Source of the DNA: Octopus vulgaris
Taxonomy: Eukaryota
Reading direction: 5' to 3'
Assembly (NCBI GenBank): GCA_951406725.2
Contig: OX597816.1
Location: forward strand, 105,710,001-105,774,000
Length of the DNA stretch: 64,000 bases
In this document: piece after piece, positions 37,321-52,364 of the stretch
Numbering within the stretch: the first letter of the stretch is position 1
Layout: the number at the start of each line of letters is the position of its first letter
Translations under genes and position numbers: made by a program
The notes under the pieces: model-generated
Told to the model about the DNA's origin: nothing
Seen by the model: the letters and a program-made list of their open reading frames with translations, nothing else
Databases searched by the model: none

Positions 37321-38654
37321 TAATTACTAAATGGTGAATACAAAAGCCCACACTTACATCATATGTACAAATTTCTCTATTCCAGAATTTGACATTTATA
37401 CTTAAGAAAATATATATTTTATTTGAAAGATTTGAACATTGACTGTCAAAATTACTTTTTTAAAATTTCAATTTAGATGTTCCTTCCTCCTATCAGTTTC
37501 AAATGTACATGAAAAAGATGTTTTTGAAAACCATCAACTAAGATTTATTTCTATATTTAGTGAGATCTCGAGGGCACAGACCATACTTTCCACCCTGTAG
37601 ATTTAGCACACACATACACATGCAGATCATTGTTTTAAAAGAGATGGTGTTCATAAATAAAGTCATTAGCAAAAGTTGGAAGCTGAAATTCAATGAGGCA
37701 AAAGAAGAATGAAACAGGAGAAAAACATAAAATTCCATTGCACGGGAAATTAAACAGCACAAAATACCTGAAGGAAAGACAAATAAACATTGCTGAGAAT
37801 ACAATGATGATGATATATTCAAATACTAGAATCATGAAATACATACAATATTGACTAAAAGTGAACTACAATATAAAACATTCACTAAAAGTGAATCTCA
37901 TAGCAGTCTTACTAAGATGCTATTCAGCAAATAGGATAATCAAGAAAAATCTAAAGGTAGCATGTACAATTTATACTATACTAGCAACAATACCTGGCTT
38001 TGCCTGCATTTATAAAACATATCACCAGGCTTATAACCTTGAAATGATGTACACCTACTCAAAATGTTAGCTACCTAAATTAAATAAATCTATGACCTAC
38101 AGTATTTCGAACATATATATGTTTGAGTATGTATATACATACATTTACTTTTATACATTAATATCAAATAACATATATTTCTTTAGCTAAAAATAGGAGA
38201 AAGACAAATACATCATTCTGAATAAGTGATTCAGTACAATTTTTACTGAATCCTTAAGTTGTTTGACCTCTCCTGATCAGACATATTCAGCAATTGGCAG
38301 ACAACCTTATTAACCTTCATCAATGATTTACCAATATTTACCATCAGTTCTTATCTTTGACAGGTGAAATGAAGTATCTATGAAGGAAAGTGAGGACAGT
38401 GAAATGCTTACAACAAACATTTAGTCACTTGCCACTTTTCACTAGTTTATTGGGGACAATGAGAAGAGTATCTTTCAGTTATGCATTGACTATATGAACT
38501 AGAACTCTAAACTATCCAAATTTTCTTCTCATCAGAATGCAGCCAGAGTGGCTGTCCACTCACTCCTTTCTTGGTAGAATGTAGTTGTCTGTTCACTGTC
38601 TTCTCAGCAACTGAGAGCTAGAGCAGCAGCCCATTCATTCACTTCTATGAGCAA

Positions 38655-38686
<32 letters not shown>

Positions 38687-39282
38687 TTCTCTCTTCACAG
38701 AGAACTCAACCAGAATAGAGCTAGTTCACTTACATTTTGGCTGATTATAAGAAGACATGTTTCAGTTGAACATGACATCAATTTGCCATATCTGGATTAT
38801 TATTTTATATAATTTTGGGTTTTGGCTATCAATTAAACAGCTTTTATCCAGTAACGGGTCCAAAATCTTCCAAATTTATGTTCTAACTTTCTGCTTTCAC
38901 TACACTGACTAAAAGACAGTATTTCAATCAATGCAAGCCTAAAGTTTTCCCCTTTTTGGTCTAATGCCCCAGCTCTCTAGTTGGGTCCATTTACTTGTAA
39001 CACAATAAAGCATAAATTACTACACGTTTCACCCCACTTATCAGCTCATTTCTTCCAGAAATAGAGCAGACCAGCTAAGAAGTAAGAACTAAGATGCAGG
39101 TATCAGTAGCCAACTCAGGTCAGACCTAGCAGAGCTCATACAAAGAGCACATGTGAACTCAACACTTATAAACCCATTACCTTTTCCAACTACAATTTAC
39201 AATACAATTAAATTTTTTCACTTTACTAACCAGCTATTTTTCACCAGAAAACATGTGACATCCAGATATGTAAATTGTTATG

Positions 39283-39668
39283 CTTATTCTTTTATTTGTT
39301 TCAGTCATTTTGACTGCAGCCATGCTGGAGCACCACCTTTTAGTCAAAGAAATCAACTCCAGGGCTTATTCTTTGTAAGCCTAGTACTTATTCTATCAGT
39401 TCTCTTTTACTGAACCGCTAAGTTACGGGGGACGTAAACACACCAACATCAGTTGTCAAGTGATGGGGGGGGGGGACAAACGCAGACACACAATCATATA
39501 CATATATATATATGACAGGCTTCTTTCAGCTTCTGTCTACCAAATCCACTCACAAGACTTTGGTTAGCCCGAAGCAATAGCAGAAGACACTTGCTCAGGT
39601 GCCATGCAGTGGGACCGAACATGGAACCATGTGGCTGGTAAGCAAGCTACTTACCACACAGCCACTCC
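39283..39668 (-). mobile_element. Full-length tRNA-derived SINE
   Basis: Reverse complement of the 11921-12323 family. Confidence 0.9.
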
Positions 39669-42017
39669 TAATTACTAAAACATTAACAGTATTGCTCATC
39701 CACTTTCTACAGACTCAGATGTCCAAATGCACTCATCTCATGCAGACACTAATGCTTTTGTACACACATGCACTCACATTATGCAGACCACACTTGCATT
39801 ATTTGGCATTTGATGCTTTTTTTTTATTACTTTTAACCTTTATCAATTATTACTTTCTAAAATTATTTAAAAAGGTGTACAAGCTCTCTTGCAACCAGGT
39901 TGAGTTTTGGCTGTTCTCTATTTTTTACCACTTTATTGGCCCAATAAGAAGGCAGTAGCTCTCAGCCAGTATTGACTACATAACAAAAACCTAAAATTGT
40001 CCAGTCTCTCTTCTTGAAAATGTACAACCAGAGCAGCTATGTGCTCACAACTATTCTTAGAACAATGCATACAAAATAGCAATCCACTCACTCGCTTCCA
40101 GACAAAATACAAACTATTCATTACAAAGATGATGATGATGATGATGATGGTCAGAATCAGTAACTGTCTAGTTTCATTCACCTATTCTTAATACAGAAAT
40201 TTAAGATCAAGGCAAATTTCAGTTGAACAAATCATTGATTTGCCATATCTCACTTCTGACAGTTTACAAAACACATATTAATTTCCTTTATTTTATCTCA
40301 GTAACATCTCCTGTTCGTTTACACTAACTCATGAGAACTTTGTTTCAAAAATATACATAACACTACTTCTGTAACATATTTAAACTCAACTTTGTTTTTA
40401 TGAATGCTGCAACTGAGAACTGCTTCTTTTCTCTTTATGAATTATTGTAGCATTCAGACTTGTAATTACAAATTGTGTGAGTGAAACAATGCGGTTTAAA
40501 GACATTAACTTATCATAGCACTTAGGCTAGTAGAGGTCAACACTTCTGGTGTTGACCATAACATACCAAATAAATCAAACTTGTTATATTTAATTTATTA
40601 CTATTGTATCTTGCATCTGAATTTTCTAGTCTCATCATCATATTTTGTTTTCATGGTTGCATGGGTTGGATAGGTCTTCGCTAGCATATAATCAAAGGTA
40701 TTCTAGCCATGATGCTCTCTGCTTAATTTTAAAAAGTGCATCTGGACTATATTGTCTAATACATTTTGCCCTTTAACAGACAGTAGAGTGCAATTTGAGG
40801 ATGATATAGTTGCTAGTTTAAACAGTTTGAGTTTAAAATCTCATATATGGGTACCCTCCTTAATGCTAATGAATCAAATACTGAGTGAATATTCAGTTTC
40901 ATAAATACAACAAAATGCCATGTCTGTGATAGGCTTTCAACAGTCTCATGATATATACTCCTAAATGTTTAGCCATTATGATTCTTTGGTTATATGTCAG
41001 AAGAGAGGAGATGCCTTCTGAGACCAGTGAGATCAACATGGTTTATACTCTTGAATTTTATCAATTCAATGGTGTAGGAAAAACATTTACCAGGGATGTA
41101 GGAGCAGAACATTACTGTAGGTCTTACTAGCTTTTTGTACTGGCAGTTTTCTAACCCTGAATAAGAAAGAAACCAATGTTTGTGCTGCAATATTTGCTAT
41201 GCTGAAGATGTTAATTCATTAAGGAAATATTATTAATAGTAAAGCCTTACACTGTAGTGACCTTGAGTGTTCTAATTGTGTATAGTTCATGTCTAAGGGT
41301 AGAGTGATAAAGTTATTTTGTACATATTTTCTTACTCTGTCTAGAGAAAAGAACCATTTAATCACAACTGAAGTGCATGTAATGAAAACTGACCTGGAAA
41401 AGTTGGAGGTGTTAGTAAGAACACACAGAAATAGAAAAGGGGTTTTATATGGTCAGGTAATTCTTGGAAGAATGGAGAGAGAAAGAGCGAGAAGGAGGGA
41501 GGGAGAAAGAAAGAAAGAAAGAAATGATATGAGTGAAAAAACGAAAATATATGTGTGTAACAGGATGGTTCAAAGGGAATTCGTATGGTCATAAGTTCAA
41601 AGAAACACAAAATTATTTTGTTAGACAGACAGAAATATAACTCTTTAAAACAGCATATATAGTAGTATTTATAGATCAAAGTGCTTTACTATTATTCAAT
41701 TTGTTCTTATTTATTGGCATCATATCAATTAGAAAATTCTGTTAGTTTGAAAGATAGTAGTATTAATGGGGAAATATTTCCAATTACCATGGAATAACAT
41801 GCTATTTATCAATGGTAAGGATACATGTAATGTATAAAATTATTCAAATAGAAATACCTTCAGAAGGTTGATGTTTCAATAGTTGGATATGGAAAGATGT
41901 TATAAACGCTATCATTAGTAAGATTAAACTTGTTCATCCAGTCGTTTGGGTTAAATGGCTACAGCTTTCAGAATAAAGGCTAACATTAAACACACATACA
42001 CACGTGCATGCTCTCTT

Positions 42018-42050
<33 letters not shown>

Positions 42051-42724
42051 ATGTCCTATTACGTGAAATGTAAATGAGCAGCAAGTGAGAGGGCTTCTAT
42101 ACAATTATTATGCCAGCTCACTATGTCAGACAATTTTCTCTTTACAAATTCCCCAGTGTCCATAAAATGAGAAACCATATAATAAAATATAACTCTTATA
42201 TCATCATATTCAGCTATAAAAACAGGAATGTCATAAATAGTATGCTAATCAAATTGATGGTCAGAGGAGAAGGTTCTAGATCTAAGAAACTAGTTCTTTA
42301 AAGCGATATCCATAAGAAACACATTTCACATATTGCAATGGTATGAGAAAGATTCTTGAAATTTAAATGTTTGCATATTGTTGACAAATTTGTTTTCATG
42401 TTAGATGTTTTTCATGTCACTGAACATTCAATTATACAGAACCAGTGACTCCTGCTTTTTTAGATATGTAAATGAATATATGCTTCAAATAAGTCAATGA
42501 AAGAATCTCTTCATGATTGCTAGATCTGTCAGAAAATGCAGGCAAATATCTCTTAAAACATACTTTATTGTTTTGAAAAGGGGAAGGGCATGTTGCTTAA
42601 TGTACATTCTGATACCTTTAAAAAGACAAGATTGTCATGGCTAGAACTGATCAAAGGTTTGCTCAGGCAAGGATGTCTGAGACTAAACAGCAACAAGATA
42701 TGCATCCTATAACAGGGCAACAAA

Positions 42725-43623
42725 CAAGGTGGTATCAAAAGGTTTCTAGACTAGTTATGTTTAATAAAAAAATAACTTATTTACCTAAATTTTAACATCA
42801 TCTCCTTCAAAATAGTCACCTTGTGCAGCAATATACTGGTCCCAGTATTCTTGCCACTTTTGTAATCCAGCCCAGAAGTTGTTTTCTGTGAGTGGAGGAC
42901 CTTCTGCAATTCGCTCTGGATCTCGACAATGGTGTTAAAATGGTGACCTTTAAGTTGAATTTTCATCATGGGAAAGAGATGGAAATCTGCAGGTGCTAAA
43001 TTTGGAAAATAGGGTGGGTGCAGAAATGATACCATGTTGTTTTTGGTGAGAAACTCATGAGAGCAGAGAGCTCAGTGACAGGGTGTGTTTTTGTCATGAA
43101 GAATCTAATTCTTTGCACTCCACAGATCTGGTCACTTTCACCGAATGTCTTCCCACAAATGCTTCAAAACATTGCAGTAGAACTCTGAATTGACAGTGTG
43201 AAGAATTCTCAATGCACAATACCACATTTCTGAGAGTGACATTCATGGCTTATCTTCCAGATCACTCATTGTCATCTAGGGACATTCTTCTGCTTTTGAA
43301 GCACCCATGTCACCTGAAACATTGTGTACAATCCATTGCCTCATCGTCATAAGCTTGCTGAAGCATGCTCAATGTGTCTGTAGCAAACTTCTCAATTTTA
43401 ATGCAAAATTTCCCATTGGCTCTTTGTTCCTGACCATGAAAAAATTGCAGACTACAGCATACATGTGATCACAAAAACACAAATTTCACAACTTGCAAAG
43501 TAAACCCTGTGATGTCACTTGGCATACTGCCTTACAAAGGTCACTGCTACACACACAACTATGTACTGCTGTCTGTTGGCACACTACAGAAATAGTCAGG
43601 GAACTTTTTGATACCACCTCATA
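42725..43623 (-). mobile_element. Internally deleted mariner transposon
   Basis: TIRs caaggtggtatcaaaaggtttc / gaactttttgataccacctcata; transposase remnant HPPYFPNLAPADFHLFP (cf. YSPDLAPSDF) and LHDKNTPCH. Confidence 0.9.
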
Positions 43624-44847
43624 ATTTTTCCAGGCATCTTCAGCCCCACATTTTAATGTATTACTACTTAGACAACTATAGTTTTCTTGAAAACGTATAT
43701 CATTTTTTCATATTGATATGAAGGAATATTTTCCATTAATATATTCAGAGTTAAGCTATTAAAATAAATGCAAAATTAATTTTTTAAAGTGGGGATTATT
43801 GCAATCTTTTATGATTTTAACATGAAAATATAAGTTATACAAAAAAAAAAATCAGAGTTCTTCATAATAGCATAAATTATAAGTATTTGATGATGTCATG
43901 AATGCTGTATATGAAAAAAAATTCTTAATGAAGTGAAGACTGTAATGATCTAAGTATTTGAAATTGAAATATCTAAAGTAAAATATATAACATACTCAGA
44001 TAATAATGATGGCAAATTATTGCAACAGGCTTTATGCAGAAATAATGATAACTCTCACAATACATAGACAAAATTTACAAAACATTATTAGGTTTTTATG
44101 ACATGAGCTACAGATGGCTAAATTATTAGAGAGTAACTGATAGTTAAAAAGTCAATGAATTAGTCTTTAATATGCACTGTAGTAGAACAAAATACATTTA
44201 ATTCTCTCTGTCCTGCTCCTCTCAACTACATAGAGGATACAATACAGAGGCACAGCTCAAATCTCTAGGTAATAGAAGAATGGCAAAATTAATGGAATTT
44301 AGTTAATTAGCAGAGATCAACCAAAATTCTCAGGGTTGCTTTCTTAATCAAAACTGAAGGGGTAGTGCCCATGACCATTATTACCATCACTCCTAGGCTG
44401 GCGAGATCAATATGGTTGCTGATTAGTTTGAATATCTGTAAGCCTATATATGCAAATAGTGTCTATATTATCATTCAACCTGATAGAAAGAGTAGCCAAA
44501 TCTCCATCACATTATTATTCTTAAAAGGAAGCATATGGATAATACATGGCAGGAAAATAAAAGACAAGAAAGTATGAGCATAACTGGAATGCTTCTAATC
44601 ACAAGTCTGATCAATCAATGCTGACCAAATAGCTAAACAATGACAATATTACAAATGTAGAGGGGATTACAGAGGTTTTTCAGTTTTGGAAATATTTGGG
44701 AAAACCTATTTAGTAGGCTCTGAGGCAAGAAACACAGCAAAGATTAGAGGAGGCAAGATGACTATGTCATTGGATGGCTAATTCAGAGGAACAGAAGCCA
44801 TTTGAGAAGATATATAGAGGAAAACAACAACTCTATGGCTCAATGGC

Positions 44848-45122
44848 TGTAGCATTGTTATATCGTTATACCTCCGATATTGTAGTATAGTTGTTGTTGT
44901 CAACAATCAATAAAGAATACACTGTAACAGTGTTATAACAATACAAAATAGAAACACGACAACCAGTATTTCCAATGCACTAACTCAAACTGCAAACTGT
45001 GCCTAGACTTCGAAGACCAAACTACAAACTGCTGACTACATCAAACTGCTACTATTTATATGTAGTGGTCCCATTTATTCCCATCAGGGGGTGTTGTATT
45101 CTAACCACAACATCTCCCCTTT
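44848..45122 (-). mobile_element. Probable LTR with polypurine tract
   Basis: Minus strand aaggggaga|TGTTG at 45121-45108; distal ...CA end near 44848 is approximate. Confidence 0.55.
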
Positions 45123-45156
45123 GGAGATTTCAAGTTCCAAAGGAATAAAGAAATTT

Positions 45157-45198
<42 letters not shown>

Positions 45199-45639
45199 TA
45201 TCTTTTTCACTTGGGCCTCATCTCAAGGTGTTCAGTCTGGAATTTGAATCTTTACTCAATATTGGCCTGGCATTTGAAATTAGGAATTTGAATTTTTACA
45301 CAATATCAGCCTTTTCACAGGACATGATAGGTATTTTACTGGTGGGACTTTGGCTGCTGAGTGTGCAACCTCTATTAGCTTTCACCAATTTCTTGATGTC
45401 CCAGTGCATGCAACATGTTGTACTGGGTTATGTGTTACCAGTAGTGCCCAGGAGAAACCTGCTCAATGTGAAAGATTGTACTGGATTACATCTTACCAGT
45501 AGTGCCTAAGAGCAATTTGACTGTAATTTTTACTCTGCCACTATCAGCAAGCACGAAACATGAATCACTGGTTTCATACTTCCATCTTTATATTTGTGTA
45601 GCAAAACTGCCCCTATTCTGTTCTCTGAAGCATCAGACA

Positions 45640-46700
45640 CTACAACAATGTCCATTTATACACTCCACATGCTGTTCATGCAAATTACATTTAATATATC
45701 ATCCAAATAAGGGATTGTAAATTCACAATCAGAGAACATAGCATCCATGATTTGCTGAAATATTGCCAGTGCAACGTTTAATCCAAAAGGTAACCAGGTA
45801 TATCTGTGCAATCCTCTATGTGTATTTATTGTAAGATACTTTGAGCATTTGTCATTTACTTTCATCTGTAAATAAGAATCAGACAGATCCAATTTGGAGA
45901 AAACTTTTTCACCATTTAATTTTGCGAAAATGTCCTCTTAAGTTAGGAGTGGATGGTGACATGTCTTTAAGCAGTTGTGCAGTCCTGTAGAGAAATTGGC
46001 ACAGCCTAATCTTCTTATTTTTCTTTTTAATGCACAATGGGGTGCCACCCACTTAAAGTAATCCACCTTTTTGATGAATCCACTCTTTTCCAGTCTGTCC
46101 AACTCTTCATTTACAATTTCAATTGCTGCAAACGGTACTTTTCTGTTAGATTTAAATACAGGCACAGTGTTTTCACTTACTTGAAAGCAGGCTTCAGTCT
46201 TTTCACAGAGATCTAAGTCCTCTGATAGTACTTGAGGAAACATCTTTTTCAATTTTCTCTTCAATTCCTCAGATGATTTATTCTTAACGGGACAACCATT
46301 TATGTTTTTGCAATAGAGACTTATGGGAAGGTGTGCCATAAATCAAATAACTCCAACCAATCTGTACCAAACAGATTGATTGTATTTTCCACAATGAATA
46401 TTTTTGCTTCACATGCTTCTCCTCAAAATATGACATCTGTACACATTTCGCCCATGAAATGTAATTTATCACCCATCACACCACATACAATTTTCGCTGT
46501 TTTACATAACCTTGGTTTCCTGATTTTTCTCCATGTATCCACATTTATGATTGAAATATCACTACTTGTATCCAACTGCAGTTTAATATTTACACCATTT
46601 ATTTTTATGTATATTAATTTTCTTGTTTTGTGTAATTTTCACTTTCTGCTGAAAACACCTTAGAACTTTTTGTGTTCAAACCTCGTAATCTTGTCCTGCA
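45640..46700 (-). mobile_element. Gypsy (Mag-like) protease-RT remnant
   Basis: LQLDTSSDISII (protease), RKVPFAAIEIVNEELDRLEKSG, FSKLDLSDSYLQ, TINTHRGLHRYTWLPFG, PYLDDIL. Confidence 0.92.
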
Positions 46701-49700
46701 GTGTGAGCTCTTGGGACCAAGTTTCTGACAACTATAGCATTTTCAGTTTTTGAATGACTAGTATTATTTTCATTTTTCCAGCAAGTCCTGTAAACAACCT
46801 TGGACATATTTTGACCTTATTCTGACCTGATGAGTGATGCATAACTCTATACTTACAAAAAGTAGTGATGGATGAATCACTAAGTGAATATACAAGATTG
46901 TACATTTGTTGGAATGAATTAAGTAAGAAAACAATCTGGTGCAAACACAGATAAGTACACTAGAGAAAGGCATTCCTTTTGAGGAAGGAAGAGTCAAAAG
47001 TGGAATGTATTTCAGTATGCCATAACACCTGTTGGAAATGACAGATAAAGGGAACACAAAAAATGTTAAATATTACATGTTCAAAGTAAAATGGAGGATA
47101 AGCTCATAGAATATAAAGTTTAAATTTATAATACTAAACTAAAACAATTTTGTGTAAATACCAAAACCCTTTTATTCATTTCTGGTTCAAAGTATCAAAA
47201 ATATAAGTATATATTAAATTTAATTACATATAAGATTAAAGCTTAAATCAGATTCAACAGATATCTTATAAAGAGAATCCCAGTGGTTTTATATTTGCTT
47301 CTGGACACAGGTTTTTATGGGTTTATTATATCATTCTAGTGTTTGTCTGCTTATTATCTCAAAATATAAAGCCTAAGACTTTTATGGAAAGGAAGGATGA
47401 ATATTTTTCCCAAAGCATTACCATCAAATTTGAAGTGTATCTTCAGATTATCTTCTAGTAAACAAGTTTTAGTCCTAATTATTTTTATGTAGCTGTCGTA
47501 TCTGAGCAGCTATAATAATTGTCCTTACTTCATTGTATCCTAATACAATATTTCATAATAATCATTGATCATAATATTGTTTATATTAGCTCATCTATCA
47601 GTTCTCTTTGAAAATGATATTGCTTTGAAATACTATAAAGTAATCACTTAACAAGTTCCTTTATATGAACCCTTACCGAGAGAGATCTAGCAAGTTACTA
47701 TTCTGATTTTCTTGTCTGCAAATAAGTTTTCATGGCTCTTTATGCAATTCTAATATTTGTTTTGCAATATCCTGTTACTCTGCTAAAATAGAGAAAATCC
47801 CAATAAAGATTTCTGCATGAAGCCATGAAACTTCTGTTATAATATATGTCTAAAAGTGCTATACTTTGATTGTTACATGCATCCATACAAAATTATATCC
47901 TATCTTCAATTCAGTTTCCATATCTATTCTGACCTATGGTCATGAATGGTGGAGAATGACCAAAAGAGTACAATCATGAACACAAGCAGCCAAAATGGGA
48001 ATTCTCTGAAGGAGAATTCCCATTTTGGTTGCTTTGTATGCAACTCTCCAGGTTGAGCCATTACTTTTCTTCATTGAGAGCTCACAGCTCTGGTACTATG
48101 AACATGTGATTAGAATGTTGCAGAAAAAAATTGCACAACAGATTTTTCAAGCCAAGTCATTCAGCAGGAAACTTAGAGACAGACTAAGAACAAGAGGGTA
48201 ATGATGGTTGCATTAGATAGAACCCTGTGGAGGAAGTGGCTGAGGACTCTACCCCCATATCCCTTCCAAGAGTAGTGGGTAGTGATGATGAATGGATAGA
48301 TTATGTTTAAATCCAAATAGACATTTTCTTGCATATTTCTTATTAGACACATTACACTTAAGTATATAATCAAATATGAATGGTGTAATAAAGTAAACTT
48401 TTATTAATGCTTTGGTTACTTATTAGTTGAAACGTTTTCGCACTGAACTACACATAAACATGTCATGAGGAGAATCTTTTGGAATGTCCCCAAAGCCATA
48501 CATCACTTCTGAATGAACTACATAATAAGAAAAGTTGATCTGAAGCAATAAATGTATTAGATACATACTGTCAAGGCAAAAATTGCAAGTCTAAAAATAT
48601 CTGGCAGTAAGTCAGAAATGAAAATTAACTAGTAACTAACATTAGCTAAGTGTAGTCAGATGTGAAGATATTAACAGATGCTAAATAGCTACTGTAACTT
48701 TCAAGCAATTTGCTACAAAGTCTTCTGAAAGAATATTTACTGCAATTTCTTTTGTGAATATCAATGTACTACAGTCAAAATACACTGAGAAATCATAAAA
48801 ACAGTAAAAAAATTAGTGGAAAACAAAGAAATAATACACCAAAGGAAAGGAACAAAATAGAAAAGCTGGGACAATACAGATGAGACATATTACCATTGCC
48901 TACTCGTGATTGATTACTAAAGTTATGACTTTTATTCAACTGTTAACATAAAAGAAAATGTTTGTGGATCAATAAATTGCAGAATATCTAGCCTCAGAAC
49001 AAGATTCTGCAATGCCATAAAAATTATGGCAAAGATAAAGATAATAACTATAATGATGATGCCAACAGCAATGATGATGACAACACTGATGTCACTGCTG
49101 CTACTGATATTCAATTAGCTGAACTTCTAATTGCATTGTATTTTTGTAATTAAGGTTTTATAACCTAAAAATATTTTATATATAAAAAATATTTGGGTAA
49201 GAAATTTTCGTGTAAATATAATGTATCGTATTTTTGAACAATCAAAAATTATCTTTGTTAGCTCAGTACCTAACAAGTCACCAAAGTGCTATCCAAATGC
49301 AGCAGCCAAATTAATACCTAACAACCTGTTATAGCTTGACTGAACTAATATATCAAGTATCAGTTTATGATTTATTTTAGATATAGATACATCAAAGAAA
49401 TAAATAATGACCTGCATAATAAAGAAAATATTCAAAATTTGGTTGCACAAATTATCAACAAGAAACACTTTTAGAAACAAGCCTCTATGAGGCTGTCTGA
49501 CTTGCTAAAAGCAGCAGCCAAATCTCTCTCAAATTACAACTTAGTATCTAAAATAAGGACAGGACACACTAAATAATCTAATTTTAGATAACATCATCAT
49601 CATCATCATCATCAATAAAAAATACTGGTTTCCTATAGTTTGGATGCCATTAATCACAGGACTGGTTGATCAGTATTAACTACAACAATAATAACCATTA

Positions 49701-52328
49701 GTAGCAAACCAGATAAGGTATAAACAATCTAATAATACTCTTCTCTGTTGTTGTTGTTGTTGCTGTCAATCTTAATTCAACCTTGATCAAGCAGACCTAT
49801 GATCAAAGATATTCCAGTCATGGCTATTCTATATTCAAGGCACAGTGCATGCAGGACTACACTAGCCAATAAGATAGTAACATGTTATCTGAAGGAGATT
49901 TGGCAGCTTTTTAGCAGCTCCATCTTCATCAACTGCAGGGATATGAGAGGTTTCCCTTGAAAGGCTTTATAGCTTAAGAAAGAAAGAAACAACCCCTAGG
50001 TTACTACATTAGAAAGTAACACATCAAAACATTAGATTATCTTTAGATTTGGTTTGAATTTTTGCAACAGAGTAGAGTCCATCAAAGGAAAACAAGAGCC
50101 AGCTGTTGGTGCTAAACTAGACAACATATTAAGTCTAGCACCCAAAAACAACTGCAATCAATCCAACAGGATTTTGTGTAGCTTGGCTATGGTGGAAGAG
50201 ACATGATTAAGGTGTCATTAAAATCAAAACAGGGACTGTATGGATGTAAAGTGATCATCTTAACTACATAGCCATAATAGCAGCTACATAAATAATGTTA
50301 ACTAAAACTGACAAGTGAATAATAGACAAGCCTCCAAAGTAGAGAAGCATACTTGATAATGTTTCATTTCTGGTGCTTTTGTAGATTCCTTTATTCTTTT
50401 ACTTGTTTCACTCACTGGACTGTAGCAATTTTAAGATTTCACACTCCAAGATTTCACAAATAATATTAACACCAGTGCTTATTTCAATTAAGTACTTATT
50501 TTATGAATCTTCAATTGATAAACTGTTAAGTTACAGGTCATTAAAAGACGCAATAAAATTGACAGTAGTATTTAGACCATTATAAACATAAAGACACATA
50601 TATATAAAAAGGCTTCTACACAATTTTCTGCTACCAAATTCCAGTCACAATGTATTGGTTAAATCAAGACCATAACAGAAGACACTTGCCTCAAGTTCCA
50701 AGCAGTGAATTTGAGTCCAGAACCATGTATTCATTTATAATGAATGAATTTTGATGATAAAAACAAGTATTCTTTTTCCTTTTGTCTTTCTCATATTCAC
50801 ACACACATACATAATATATTTATATTTGATATGTTAGTATTACACATATAAAATTTAGCACATATGACTGAAGAAAACTGGAATTTCATTGATTGAAAAG
50901 TATCAAACTAAGTAGAAATATACACACATAAATTGTCAAGCAAACATAGAAACACTAATACATCTTAGATAGTAACAAACAATTGTTTTATTTTTTTAGC
51001 TTTAAACCAAATTTTGATGATTTTGCTTTTATGAAACAATGACCAAGAATTGAAAACAACTTGAAAAACAGGAAGATGGCAGAAGACAGCAAGACGGTAA
51101 AATAGAGCAGATACTTTTAAAAATGCATTGAATTAATTTTGAATATAATTAAGCGAAACTAAAATAATCAAAATTACTTAATCATGTCTAAAAATCTAAA
51201 GAAAATTTAACAATAAATAAAACATATTAAGATAAATATGACACATTAAAATAATTATGATATAGATAAAATAACAGAGTCAAAATGTTCATATGATTAT
51301 CAATTTCCTAAATATTGTGAATTTATAAACTTTTTAAAGATTTTAGGAGCAATAATCAATATCGCTTTCTCAAATTCTTCAGGTTACTGCATTTTATAAT
51401 GGCAGACAAAATCTTACAAATTGTAAACAAATAAAACATATTAACATGCTTATCAAATGGATAAACATTATTTGAAAATTCTAACAATCGCAAAGAAGAG
51501 ACTTCTAGGAGTGAGATAATGAGACTACTGATTAAATGTTATTTATGCTTTAAATTACTGTCTTCATTGAAACTATGTATTTAATCTATTTGAAACTGTG
51601 TATCACATCTTGGTATTTATGTGGCAACTTCTAATAAATCCAAAATTGCCAACTGAGTACACCTTATCCATATTTGCTGCAATCGTAAACAGTTTTCAAA
51701 CATATATCAATAGACAAAACATAAACAAGTGCTATATAACTTAACCGATGCACTACACCCTACATAACCAATTACAAAATGACATCTTACACATTGTGGA
51801 CCCAGAACAAGCAAAAACTTAATAGCGGTTTCTTCTTTATATTTGATTGGCAACTCTGTGTTCTACTTCCTGTATGACATTAAGTGGTGTTACTTAGGAT
51901 TAATAATGTACATCACTCCCACTTTGCAGTTCATCTTTGAATTTGAACAATTATCTCATGCGTGAATAGAGAAATGGATGTAAAATTGCTTTTAAAAGCA
52001 TTGATAATTCTGAATATTTTTTCATGTTAGCTTTTAACATGTTTGCTTGATATTAACATGAATTAGGATAGGATGGTCCTAAAAACTGAAGCTACTTTTA
52101 TAAAAATTATTGTAGCAGATGTCTTATAGTGAGAATTTATTAATGCCATCTAATTGATTCTGAATTAACCACTTAAGTAGCATAACTGTAGAATTTGATC
52201 TACCTATTACTAATTCTCTATCACTAGTGACAGTTATTATTTAAACTATTTATGGTAGAAATAGCTAAGTGAGTTTGGGATGGCTTAGATATATCAAGGC
52301 GTTCCATTATTACTTATTCTTTCATTTC

Positions 52329-52329
<1 letters not shown>

Positions 52330-52364
<35 letters not shown>

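Noticed and set aside
46826-46850. ctgatgag...ctc stem
   Set aside because: No GAAA follows the stem.
46730-47950. Possible hAT transposase remnant (MPFSS..TYLC-like) on the minus strand
   Set aside because: Only one weak frameshifted motif; not enough to call.
51735-51900. CCAAT and ETS-like motifs in non-repetitive sequence
   Set aside because: Short motifs expected by chance; no independent evidence for a promoter or enhancer.
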